The notes beneath the pieces are model-generated. The model saw only the letters and a list, made by a program, of their open reading frames with translations. It ran no database searches and was not told where the DNA came from. This document shows positions 37,801 through 50,800 of a stretch of DNA of 64,000 nt, piece by piece. Both the position numbers and the translations under genes were made by a program. The DNA comes from Phoronis australis (Eukaryota > Animalia > Phoronida), in the NCBI GenBank assembly GCA_002633005.1, contig NMRA01000344.1, positions 227,365 to 291,364 of the forward strand, written 5' to 3'. How positions within the stretch are numbered: position 1 is the first letter of the stretch; the number at the start of each line of letters is the position of its first letter.

Positions 37801-40800
37801 CCCCCGATTTTTTGGATTCGCCAATTTAACCGCCCAGGGCGTTAACCCGAACGATTACGGTAGTACTGCGCCCACACATAAATATGTGAGCACATAACAA
37901 TAAATCTAATTGTACGTTTACGAAAAAGTTCATATGTATCAGCAGCAACTTAAAAATATGAATTCTGATTTGTAATAATTTAAATGGAAGACGCACGCTC
38001 TTACATTGTCACCATCAATTGCTGTGCGTGGGGGGAGGGTGGCAACTGTTGGTTTTGCGCCTTTATTATATTATATTATATTATATTATATCGTTATATC
38101 AATATCTTTCACACACAACATATGTGCAATGAAGAATGAAATCGTTTTAATCCAACCTGCCTAATAAATTACCGCAGACATCAGCGAATACATCTGTAGC
38201 AGGACCAATTTTTTAGAACATCAGTCTGTTCCAGTCAGACAAGATGGCAGGTGAACCTCTATTTCAGGAAAGATTGTTAGTACGCAGTTTTGGGTGTAAA
38301 TTGTGTGTAGACAGTTTAAGTACTTCGGGAGACGAAACGTGTTGACATAATACAATACGATGATAGATGTTTAGTAGTGAGAATTGTGTTTGAACAGGAA
38401 GTATCGTACAGTGAATGCAGAGCAATGGCAACAGCATGGAAATCTGTTTATGCCGACAGCGGATAAGTTGTGATAGCTTCACAAACCTAGATCATGACTG
38501 GCATAAAAAAGCGATCAATTTTAGCGCTGTGTGTAAGAGAACTGTGACGATTCTGTCGGACAAAAGCACTTCATTCCAACATGACTGACAACACAAGTGT
38601 TATCCCAAGTGACCTACTAGACCAAGTCTGGCCGCCACCGTGAGGTAGAGTTAGCATTGCAATCGGCCGCGCTAAAAGCAACACCTATCGGATGTCCGTG
38701 ATACTAAGAATTTTGGCAACCACAAATTCCAAATGGCAAGTTGAGATTTGACCAACTTGCCAATTGTGAGTTGAGCGTTTTCTTTTACCTTACAAACGTA
38801 TAAGCGCAAACTACTGAAGAAACTAATTTCTAGACTTACTACAAAACAGGTTAGACAAGTGGTTTCTGAGATGGAAACAACTGACAGTTTAGTATTGCAG
38901 CAGATTAGGTTCATTACATCAAATGTCCACTATGACAAGAGAACATGTTATGCTTGGTCTGAAGGCCAAAAAAGAAATAAAGCAGCGAGTAATATCATAA
39001 CAGTAAACAATCTCAATCAAACGGACCGGGTGTTTTTGACGAAAGGTTGTTTTATATCAGTTTCCAATTGTGTAGTTATACTTAGTAACACAGCACACTT
39101 TGTTCGTGTTCGAGTACTTACTGCCTTCACTGTCTGTGGTATTCTTTTCCACAAAAACTTCGCATTCACTCTATAAGAAAAATACAGAATTAAAGTACAC
39201 CAGATTTAAAAATAGCATAACTGAGTTAATGATAAAACCAAAATCAAACTGAATGCAGTTTAATGGCTGATTCTCAGATGGAATTCACCAAAAACTGATT
39301 TTATATTAGCTTAACTATGAGAAACTTGACCTGTTTCACAGCACTGAGTACAAGAGCCACTATCCTCAATAAGCATTTTTATCAAGAACGCTAATCAAAA
39401 TTACTTTTTGGACAGATGTTCAGCAGTGACCAAGTGTTCACATTTGACTTGTATGCAGACTTAACACAGTCATTGGTAATTCACAGCATACTTAACATTT
39501 TTTGAAATCATCACGGTACATCAAATTACCATGACTAGCATCACTAACATGACCAAATGTTATTTGGTATGCTGATAATGATGAGATCTCAAGAATGCTG
39601 AGTTTTCTAAATTACAATTTTGTGTCCGTTTTATGCAAACTAATGAAAATCTCAAAAATTTTGATAACATCTCAAGCAAAACTATAACATTTTAAAAACA
39701 ATTCCTAATAGCCTTTGGAAGAAGAGTCCTTAAATCATAATATATGAAAGGCTCGTATTCATGAATCTTAAATCATAATATATGTGAAAGGCTGGTATTC
39801 ATGAATCCTAAATCATAATAATGTGAAAGGCTCGTATTCATGAATCTTAAATCATAATATATGTGAAAGGCTGGTATTCCTGAATCCTAAATCATAATAA
39901 TGTGAAAGGCTCGTATTCATGAATCTTAAATCATAATATATGTGAAAGGCTGGTATTCATGAATCCTAAATCATAATAATGTGAAAGGCTCGTATTCATG
40001 AATCTTAAATCATAACATGTGAAAGACTAGTACTCATGAATCTTGATGATAAAATTTGAAAGGCTCGTATTCATGAATCTTGAATCATAATATGGGAAAG
40101 ACTCGTATTCGTGAATCTTGAATCATAATATGTGAAAGGCTCGTATTCATGAATCTTAAATCATAACACGTGAAAGACTAGTACTCATGAATCTTAATGA
40201 TAAAATTTGAAAGGCTCGTATTCATGAATCTTGAATCATAATATGGGAAAGACTCGTATTCGTGAATCTTGAATCATAATATGTGAAAGACTCGTATTCA
40301 TGAATCTTAAATCATAATATGTGAAAGACTCATACTTATGAATCTTTCAACATGCTAACAACAAAGCATTTTAAACTGGCAAGGATTCATTTACTTACGT
40401 ATCATTTTTATAAATATAGAGGGCTAGTAACTGGCTGTAGACTGAGGCAGAAGCAACACCACCTGGTGACTGGAAAGAAAAACATACATTTTTGGTTTGC
40501 TAACTGATAACTAGTGTTGTTGGTATCTTAGTGGTCCGGCTACCATGGCAACAAGAAAACGTGTATTGTATTGACAAGATATAAATTGGAATAATGACAA
40601 TGACAATGGTAATGATACAGTGAGAGAACAATTACGCCTCATTTGTTTGGCTAACATAACACAACTGAACAAAGGAAAGACCACATGGTGGTCATGTGAC
40701 TAGATCCCTGCAACTTTATTAGAGGAACAATAGAACAGACAAGAACCCTCGTAACAACATATTAATTAGTTCCAGGAATCCCTTGATGGCATCACCAAAT

Positions 40801-43800
40801 AAGGCAATACCCGACTTGTGCTGAAAGTGTATGAATGTTCGCAAGGAACCTAACAACATTAGGGCTGAAAATAAAAACTAATTATTAAACGTGATTGTCT
40901 CTGGGCTCAACATTAAAGGTTCACCGACCGTCCAAGACAATCAGTATGTAGTGACCAATAATGGGCTAGGACAAGAAAATTATATTTCTACAAAAAATTT
41001 GTGACGAGACTGGGCAACACAATGCCTCTCGGCTGGCTATCTAGGAGTTACTGATACCCACCATCGGTTTCTGTACTAAGGATATCTCAAACCTTATTAA
41101 CAAAATTGGTCTTTTTTACAAAATTTCACATAAGATGTCTCGCGAAATACCTTATCTTCATTCTCAGGGAACTTCAAATACATATACCGTGTAGCGAGGA
41201 AAAGATTTAACAGATCCATCGTGGAACCGGACAACCAAAGGTCAAAGGTTACAGGGTTGTCACCCAAATCGATTTTCCTGCCAGGCATAGTGCAGTTCCG
41301 TATGTACGCTCAGTCCTTTCATGCACCGAGTGGTCATATTATTGAGTCAACGAGGTGTACACAGGATAGAAAGAAGCTAGGGAAAAAAGTTAAAACTAGG
41401 TTTTGGTCATGAGGGAACTGTGCATCTGCAAGCCGTAATACATCGAGTCCAAGTCGCAGCACTGCTGGCCCATGTGACTTGGTGTTCATCATCACAGCAA
41501 GGTGTGAAAAGAGATGCATCCTCACCCAGATTCGTTAATAAAATCGGCAATTTGATTTTAGTCAGTGACCAAGGCGTTCCCTTCGGGTTGGAATGTGTCA
41601 GTCAGCCTCCACCCGAAGCACGTCAAAAATATAATATTCAAGTGGCTATGTGTGTAGCATGTGTGTATCATGGTAGTGCAGGGTTTATTTTGAGAACTCC
41701 ACTAGAAATGCACGCGTCCTATACCCTTTTGCAGCCACAAGTCCGGGGAGTCTCCCCAGCAAGAACTTTTTCCGTTAGTTGACTGTTCTCCTGCCCTGGG
41801 GGGAGGGTTGGGATCCTGCTAGGTTTTCTTTTTATGATTTACTTCATATGTTTAGGATGTGCTGTCCTTTTATTATTTTTGGTACTTCTATATTTAACCT
41901 ATGTGCGTTATTCTCTGCTTCCGGGAGAACTGTGATTGTCATTCTAACAATCTTGGTCTACTTAGCAATGGCTTTATTTTCAGTAAGGGGGGATATGGTT
42001 AAATTTTTGGGAAGTTTTTCGTATCTGGTGAATGATGTTGATTCCCAGGTGGGCCCTACACTTTTTTAGGGAGGAGGGAAATGTTGTACTCGTCAACATC
42101 ATGCGTCCTTTATCTTTCTCTGGTGTCTTACGATTTGTCAGTTTTGTGGTTCTCCGGATTTTTGTTTTATTTATACTGCTGGCGGGAGGCTGCTGGCAGT
42201 CTTTCAGCTGGCAATCAGGCTGTCAGGGACGGGCACCTGGATTGGGTTTTACTGAAGCTTGAGTAACTGTGTTTTTAAGAGATTGGTTCACAGCTATTCA
42301 GAGGTAGTTAATATGTATACACATATTTTGACTATTAATAAAGTTTGCTTATGAACCACATTTCTTTTTATTTCATACCCTATATTCTTCAATTATTCGT
42401 TTAAAACACACTCCCACTTCCCCACAAAATTTTGAGAACAGAAAATTTTGAAATTTGGCTATCTTCGGAACACGTCACATCAGGAACACATCAGAAATTC
42501 CTGACCTGATCACTGCCGACTCTGTCCATAGCTTTGTACTCTTGCCTGGGACAAATGGAATCTTTGGTTTTGTTAGAATCGGTTTATTATGTAACTTTTG
42601 CCCATTAATTCTCTGAAATGTGACACATATGCAATTCAATAGTTTTCATTGGATTTCTGCCAAGAAGATGTTACTTATTGAGTGATAAAAATGCTCACAA
42701 TTCGCATTGGACTTAGACTCATTTCCGGCGACACCGACAACATGGTGACTTCTGCTGAACTGAAGGTCATGTTCAATCGGCTATTTTGTACTTGGTGAAG
42801 TTTTAACTTTGATACAATTTGATGAAAGCTGCAACAAAAAAGCAACTTTGTAAAATGTTTATGTTTTTGTTCAAAAATATAAGGAATATTCTAATTATTG
42901 CAGTGTGAATATCCCATTCAGTTGACCATACACTCAGCTTAAAAATAGTTGAAAAAGTTTTGAAATCGTGTTTTCTATGAAAGTCAATTGCGCTTTAAGG
43001 TTTTATTATGTGTCACAACATATTTCATGTTTTTCTAAATTTTACGTATGAATTGTTCCTTCAATACATGCGTTGTAACTTTTTGCTTTCTTAATTCAAG
43101 TTATCAAGGCCCAAAATGTAAAGGCTCTTAATTAGAGTAATCGGCCATGTTGGATTGTGAAGCTTCCAGCCTCCAATCCTTTTTCCATGCAACTTCTTAT
43201 TTTTTCAAATTATGCTTGTCGAATTCTAATGTAAGGAAATACCTGGTCGCCATGGTAATAGTTAGGCATATCCACTTTCATATCATGTAAATTCACCTTG
43301 TTGTTGGATAACGTTTGCATTGCTTAAATGTTCTAAAGTTCTGTGCATTCTAAGTTACTTATTTTGGTAAAAGATTAGATCATTTTGGATCACATATAAA
43401 CTTTACTGTACTGAGATTATTTCAGTTGTGACTTATGTACAGTAGCGGAAACCTTCAACTACACTGAAAGTCTCTTGTTGTAGAAACCAAATATATAATT
43501 ATGACTGAAATCACTTGATTTTAATGTGAACTGTGGATTAAATCATAATCGTCCTCTGATTTGTTCTTTGATTTCTATGACTCAGTGACCAAAGCATGAT
43601 AGAATTAACTTGCCGTAATGAACGGCTGAAATATGTTCACTGGCATCTTCAGGTAATATTTCTTGATGCCTTGGGTTTATTATTATTTCAATAGATTAAC
43701 ACATGAATTTAAAAAAAACATGTTCAGAAGACTTCCATTTCAAGTGTTCTTGTAATTCTGTCATTGATATTGCCAACGCCACTCAAATTTCAATTATATA

Positions 43801-44557
43801 CGTGGTTAAATTAAAAGATGACGCACTTTTTACTCACTGCTGAAAATGTAAAAAATGAAAACTGCAATATATTGTATTAGGCTTGATTACCTGTAACCAG
43901 TCTTTATATCTCCTTGGTGAATACAATTTAATCATGCCAACAAATGGAGTTGAAAGGAAATATATGAAGCAAGCAAAATTTCGGAGGGTAGACTGCTTGT
44001 AGCCAATGCAATACACAGCTGTCTTCCCAGTCTGACATCACAGATGGTTATGTAACCACATATGCCTGTTCTCAGAATTGACTTGGCTGAAGTCAGATAA
44101 GGTCATTACTGTCAGGCTTTTCTCATTAACCAAGCTGTGCGAATAAGAATTGACCTGTGCAACGGATTCACACAGTGCTATTATATGTTTTGAAAAGCAG
44201 ATGTTTTGGTGTGAAACTATATCTTTAACCGGTGAGTACTTCTAGAGGCCTAGCTAGTGAACCTGGACTCCCACATTTCAAATCCTGGATGAGTCCGTGG
44301 TCCCTAAACAAGGCTTGGTGGCCTCCAAGCCAACCAACGGCAAGGAGGCAAGGTCAAGGACACTCAGCCAACAGTTTCAAATAACTACAGTTTACAAGCC
44401 AAGATGATTAGACAAGACAAGGCAAATATAACCACATATTTGTGGATTAACTACATGTAATTGAAACTGAAATAACAACACTTACATCTAATTCCTGAGT
44501 TTGTAACTCTTTCTCAAGGCTTGAAAAATCAACTTCCATAGTTTTCTCCGGCATCAT
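31838..44557 (-). CDS. COPS8: COP9 signalosome subunit 8 (7 exons, 190 aa)
   Basis: Exons (minus): 44557-44486, 40469-40399, 39170-39122, 36724-36595, 36302-36195, 35382-35320, 31917-31838; all GT-AG, phases consistent, 573 nt. The protein has CSN8 signatures: [81 protein letters not shown]. Confidence 0.95.
33808..34023. mobile_element. MITE with GGGCCCGTTCCAA termini (Harbinger-like)
   Basis: gggcccgttccaacaaaactgactta ... taagtcagtttcttggaacgggccc inverted termini; TSD not clear. Confidence 0.65.
37500..37902 (+). mobile_element. Helentron/HINE-like non-autonomous repeat fragment (interrupted by the 37702 MITE); related pieces at ~34100-34250 and ~34660-34780
   Basis: Shared motifs aaattgc(c/t)actagggg(g)acacacc and tgcaaaattt.a.gaa; decayed (GACG/GACA) microsatellite; 3' stem-loop gcccacacataaatatgtgagc followed by an A-rich end. 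Confidence 0.45.
37702..37860. mobile_element. Tc1/mariner-pogo type MITE with TA TSD
   Basis: TA|CCGTAATCGTTCGGGTTAACGCCC ... GGGCGTTAACCCGAACGATTACGG|TA perfect 24-bp TIR; internal TTAACCGCCC sub-repeats. Confidence 0.85.
39728..40345. repeat. Minisatellite, 36-41-bp unit x ~16 in COPS8 intron 2
   Basis: cttaaatcataatatgtgaaaggctcgtattcatgaat variants with higher-order periodicity. Confidence 0.95.
41080..41545. mobile_element. Second, diverged copy of the 5' part of the Kolobok-like element
   Basis: Begins taaggatatctcaaaccttatt and aligns by eye with 6440-6800 (aaataccttatcttcattctc, tcaaaggtt.cagg, agtcctttcat.caccgagt, attgagtcaac). The matching right TIR was not found; the end coordinate is approximate. 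Confidence 0.65.
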
Positions 44558-44821
44558 CGTGTGCCCACTTCCTGGTTCTCCGCGCAATAAAAAATGCCAA
44601 ACGATTATTTTATATTAAATACCAATAGAGTTGCATTGTAACTTAAACTAAGATGGAGTAAATACAATGTAATCTTAGAATCAATTGCCAGTGAGTTAGC
44701 CTAACAAAATCGAAGAAATTCAATGTCGCGACACCGGAAACACATGCGATAAACAAGTGTTTCAAAACAAAGCCGTGTGTCATTGTTCTGGAGTCTAAGT
44801 TAAGAACAAAACGCATCGGTG
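44558..44821. promoter_or_regulatory. Putative bidirectional promoter shared by COPS8 and MPND
   Basis: 264 bp between divergent ATGs; ETS-like cores ACTTCCTG (~44567) and ACCGGAAA (~44733) in opposite orientations; CCAAT at ~44622. Confidence 0.6.
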
Positions 44822-47800
44822 ATGGACGAGTGTTATAAAGGTATTTACTCCTTGTGAAGCGTTGTTTATTGAGGTCGTACTCGTTTTCTCTGAGACCGTT
44901 CCTCCACCATCCACTTGTCTTATAGACAGTGTCACCGTTTTGCCATTCCCCGTTTTGGGCGTTTTGACCACAGGCGTCCTCAGCTTCTGATCGTCATGTA
45001 GTGTATTGGGGACGATCAGAAGCTGAGGACGCCTGTGGTTTTGACTGGTCGTGGCGTAAATAAGGGCTGTGAAAGTCACGTTGTTATAAGTACCTTTTGC
45101 GCATAGAGGGAGTACTTAGGCTGAGGATTAGGAGGCCGTTGATGTCTTTGATTCGGTGCAACTCGAACAAGTATTGGCCATTTTTAACTGGGTATCTCCT
45201 GGCATGCGCAGCAGTGTTGCTATTTGTAACTGAACGAAGGACTGCTCGAAGAAATTTGTTTACATTAGTATTTGATCTAGTTAGAATAGAAGGGAGATAT
45301 AGACGGCCTCCTAAGGTGTCCCTGTATGCACAAAAGGTACTTATTACAATGTGACTTTTGATCTTTTAATTAGCGTGAAGCATAATTCGTTGAAATGCGC
45401 ATGGAGCTTCTATTGGAGCTTTTCGGCGAATAATGCCTCGCACTAATGAAAACATCAAAGTCACGTTGTTATTAGTACCTTTTGCTCATAGAGGGATACC
45501 ATAGGAGGCCATCGATGTCTTTGATTCCATCCAACTTGAACAATAGGAGCCAATAGAAGTTTCACCGTCTTGATGGCCAGTCGAGGTGGTGGCTCTGTCT
45601 GTTTGTCCTTGGACTCAGCAGCAGCTTTGACCTTGCCAAGCCACGTCAAGCCAAGGCCGTGGCAAGGACAAGGCCTAGAAAGCCAAGGCTTCAAAGCTTG
45701 GGCTAGGCTAGGCAATGACCATCGCCTCTGTTGGCCCGAAGCAGAGGCGATGTAGAGGCTATAGGCGCTCTGTACGCCGGAAGCTTTTCGGCGAATTATG
45801 CCTCGCACCGACTAAACCATCAAAGTCACGTTGTTACAAATACCTTTTGCGCATAGAGGAACACCTTAGGAGGTTGTCGATGTGTTTAATTCCTTCCAAC
45901 TCGAACAAATACTCCCGTTATGAAACTTTTTCTTCGAGCAGTCCCTATTTCAGTTCCCAAAATCGTGAACTCAACTTTTTCATTTTTTTAACCAGGCCGA
46001 AGGTCAGAAGTTGCGGACCTACCGGCGAACTTTGAAAGCTGAAGTTCCCGCCCTTCGCGTACGTGCTGCCGGGAACCAGCCGTGCATTTGCCGTGTTGTT
46101 AAACATTAAAATGTCAAATATGTGCAAAAAGACTATTAAATGTCATATCAACAGCATTTGTTTTTATCAAATACAAACAATGATTCATTGAAATACAATC
46201 AGTTTCAAGTAACGCCAATTAAAGACAAGTATAAGTGGTGGCATTTTGGAAACGAACATTTGACTGCCAAGACCGCAATGGCTCACCTTTGGCCTATTTA
46301 AAGATTGAGGTCATGAATTGGAGCGTGCGCAGTATAAAAAAGTTGAGTTCACGATTTTGGGAACTGAAATAGGGACTGCTCGAAGAAAAAGTTTCATAAC
46401 GGGAGTATTTGTTCGAGTTGGAAGGAATTAAACACATCGACAACCTCCTAAGGTGTTCCTCTATGCGCAAAAGGTATTTGTAACAACGTGACTTTGATGG
46501 TTTAGTCGGTGCGAGGCATAATTCGCCGAAAAGCTTCCGGCGTACAGAGCGCCTATAGCCTCTACATCGCCTCTGCTTCGGGCCAACAGAGGCGATGGTC
46601 ATTGCCTAGGGCTAGGCTTGTTATGTATATAAGGTATATGAAAACCCACAAAAGTGAACAAGGTGTCTGGTCCTATGATCCTGTCTTGAATGTACTTAGT
46701 AATAGGCGAGATTACCTGACCCGGGAATCGAACCAGCAACCCCCTTAAAACCAGCGAGTGTGGTAACGATTCAGCTAATAGACAATTGCCCCTTAGCTTA
46801 GCGATTGGCTAATAGAGGCTCGTATGATTCACCGGAAGCAAGTCTACATCTTCAATGCAACAGACCCAATAGTCATGTCCACCCTGGGCAGAAGTTGATC
46901 TAATGGGGATAGTAAATGTGGTGTTGAGATTGGGTGCATTTTTCAATTTTTGGTCATATGTCCTAATGAAAATATGTCAAACTATTCAGGGCAGTTGATC
47001 TACATAATATGCATATTGATGATATAACAAGACGTCAAGCAATCGTAGTTTTGTCTGATGAATCTAAAATCAATCTCATTATTCATACTTTTTCAGTCAT
47101 AAGAGTAAAACAGTTGAATATGTCATGGGCGGCGCTCCATAGGGGGCTGAGGGGGCTATGGCCCCTCACTTTCTTCAGTGCTACGCCACCCATGTGTGTC
47201 CTTTAAACATTGTGACTTGATTTTGAACGGGAATTACAATTTAGTCCATGGTTTTATCAAGTACTTCCTGTAAACTACTCTAAATGCAGCAAACTAAACA
47301 ATTATTTTCGATACTACATGGGGTTTTCAAAGAAAATTATGTCAAGGTCATCCACAGATGCTGGATTATGAAAATGTCTGTGATGAATTCCTGTTTTAGT
47401 ATAGCTTGCTGTTGGTAATGGTTTTGTATAGCTTACTCATTATTTTATAAGGTTGTTGTATTTAATGATTTAGTTATCAGGTACAGTAATTTTTTATTTT
47501 GTATATATAGGTTGCTGTTTTAATGATTTAGTTATCAGGAACAGTAATTTTTATTTTGTATAGCTTGCTGTTTTTAATGATTTAGTTATCAGGTATAGTA
47601 ATGTTTATTTTGTATATAGCTTGCTGTTTTTAATGATTTAGTTATCAGGAACAGTAATTTTTATTTTGTATAGCTTGCTGTTTTTAATGATTTAGTTATC
47701 AGGTACAGTAATGTTTATTTTGTCTTATTGCGGGATCACAATTGGGAGAAGTCATGCTAACGGTAAAAATTCTGAAATTTGGGACAAGAATATGTGAAAA

Positions 47801-50800
47801 ATTGCCAAATTTCTATTCTTTAGAGGCTGACCACATTGCTGCAAATGGTCAAAATGTCTACAAATGTTGTTTGGTAATAGCTGTGTGATAAGAACCAGGC
47901 TAAAAGAATCCTAAATTTTCTGAAAAGTTATTTTGTTGAGAAATTTGACAAATTGAAATTTCACCTGTCTGCCTTATTGTGTCGTGACTGAAAAATTTGT
48001 GCCGTATTTTGTAATTATGAAACATTTTCTTGAGCACAGAGGAAGCTGAAGCAGGGTCATCGTCAAGTGATGAAGAGTCACCAGCCAAAAGGGCGCGCCA
48101 GATGATAACAGGGAGAGGTGTTACCTTGGCAATGTTAATGCAAGAAGGTCTGATTGACCCTGGCGAGAAAATACTTACTGTGGAATATATGGTGAGTTTG
48201 TTATATGCACAATATTGGAGTTGTTATCCCATAATTATTGTTCTTGCTCTGTATTCCACGATGGAGAATCATTGGTCTCCTTCCAAAGCTCTTTAAAGTG
48301 ATTCAGTAATGGGCCAGTGTAGATTGTGAACATTTAATTATAGATTTTTTCAGAAAAGATGTTTTCTGTAGTTTAAGTCCATCGACATTTTGCACTGACA
48401 GCCCAGCTCTTTCTCTTTTGCGGAGAACTTCTTTGAACCCATGTGTGTTTTTTTGTCCGCATGCAGTACCACTTACTTATTCTTTTTTTTCTATTGACTG
48501 TTTGAATTTGTGATTTTCAACTTCTTTGTGATTTAGTAGTTTTCAAACTTGACAGATTTTGGCAGAACTGTGCCACACTCTTCTAATCCTTGACAGAACT
48601 GTGCCACACTCTGCTAATCCATGACAGAACTGTGCCACACTCTGCTAATCCATGACAGAACTGTGCCACACTCTGCTAATCCATGACAGAACTGTGCCAC
48701 ACTCTGCTAATCCATGACAGAACTGTGCCACACTCTGCTAATCCATGACAGAACTGTGCCACACTCTGCTAATCCATGACAGAACTGTGCCACACTCTGC
48801 TAATCCATGACAGAACTGTGCCACACTCTGCTAATCCATGACAGAACTGTGCCACACTCTGCTAATCCATGACAGAACTGTGCCACACTCTGCTAATCCA
48901 TGACAGAACTGTGCCACACTCTGCTAATCCATGACAGAACTGTGCCACACTCTGCTAATCCATGACAGAACTGTGCCACACTCTGCTAATCCATGACAGA
49001 ACTGTGCCACACTCTGCTAATCCATGACAGAACTGTGCCACACTCTGCTAATCCATGACAGAACTGTGCCACACTCTGCTAATCCATGACAGAACTGTGC
49101 CACACTCTGCTAATCCATGACAGAACTGTGCCACACTCTGCTAATCCATGACAGAACTGTGCCACACTCTGCTAATCCATGACAGAACTGTGCCNGGTTA
49201 AAGGTTTTAAATGTGACCTCATTAACCCTCAGGGTAAGACCTTCACTGCTGACTTGATGAAGGATGGACGCATCAACTGTCTGGACAGTGGTCAGATATT
49301 TACCTCTCCAAGTTCATGGGCGATATTCTGTAAACAGCAAGTGAAACCTGAGAAGAAGTCGGGCTGTGGGTGGGCATCGGTATGTCTTCCTTGTCATACT
49401 CATAATGTTTTGTTTTTCTTCAATTTAGGATTGTCACTTTGATAAGAGACTCTGAAAATGTTAATTGCAAAGCCTGACATAAGCGACTACATGCTCGAAA
49501 AAAAATCACTTTTTATGAGTCCAAATCTGGAAGTATGAGTGCTGGATATTTTGTCAATCCTATTTTCAAGCAGGCGTTTTTGCCATCTCGAGGGCTCAAT
49601 TGATACACTGGGACCTTGAAAAAGTGATTTATTTTCTCCATTAAATATTTCCAATTTTTTACTCACCATCAGTTTACATTGAATTTCATTTGTTTCAACA
49701 TGTAGAAAAAGTATCAGTGACTTTGTCCATTTAAAGTATTCCTGCTAAACTATTTAGTTTGCCGCTTTTGGTAACTCCTGTTTATATCCTATAGTGTTTG
49801 CATGTGCCAGACATGCTCATTAATTAGTGGTTTCCATTAAGATTATTAGTGTGAATATGCGCAACAGTTATCTTTTGTAACATGTATGTTGAGATCATGT
49901 ACATATAAGGATTAATTTATGTATAAATTTAATAAAAACTTGTTGATTTTAGGCACGATAACTCTAAAAATTGTATTGTAGTGCGGCGATGTTATATTTG
50001 ACAGTATCGTGTGCTTTGTTTAAAAAAATAAATGATGGTAATTTGGATGTTGTCTAAACTGCTTTTAGGTAAAGTACAAAGGTAAAAAGCTGGACATTTG
50101 GAAGTCCATGTGGTTTAAGAAACAGAGAGAGGCTACAGGACTGTACTCTAGCATTACCAATGTAAGTGATGCATACTACATATCGGGGTCACAGTGGAGA
50201 TTTCATGTTGAAGCCAGTCAGTACTTGCAAAAGTTAACTATGAGCAAACACACTGATGGTAATTATAAGTCATGCAATAATTAAGAATATGGTGAAAATT
50301 ATCATGAATTTAGACTGCAGCTATTTGATAATAATTGACAAGGTTTTGTCAGCCACTTCTGACTTTATCAAGCCTGTACGACATCTGTTGGAAATTTTCG
50401 AGAATGAATCCAACAGATATTTCCTGGCAGATGAAATGTTGCCAAGCATTCTTAAGGAAGCCCGAGTGTATAATCATAATTTTCACTATATATAGCAATG
50501 ACCAATTGTTTGTATGAGTAGGGAGACTAAGAGATGATTTTCTTAGGCGATGTTTTTCATGATCAAGATTAAAGGATTCTACAAAACTTGTGCTTATTTT
50601 CACAAATCATCCACTAAGCTATGGGCGTCACATGATTCAGCCGTGAGACTCTGTCCAATGAACGAATGAGAGCTATGCAGGGTAGGCAAGCAAGAGGGGC
50701 GTCCCCTTAAGGTCCACAAAGCAGGTCCTTGGTCAGTCTAAAGCACAATCAGTAAACTGTGTTGTTATAGGTCAGTGTGTAGATATAATATATGTAAGAA

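Noticed and set aside
41420-42266. Run of hydrophobic ORFs as a small membrane-protein operon
   Set aside because: T-rich repeat-derived sequence in COPS8 intron 1; non-ATG starts and no motifs.
45461-46748. Duplicated ORFs (MTIASVGPKQ.., MRGIIRRKAS..) as a gene pair
   Set aside because: They are the two arms of an inverted-repeat element, with no recognisable protein features.
48563-49194. 31-bp repeat array as a CRISPR array
   Set aside because: Units are directly adjacent with no unique spacers, there are no cas genes, and it lies in a eukaryotic intron; it is a minisatellite.
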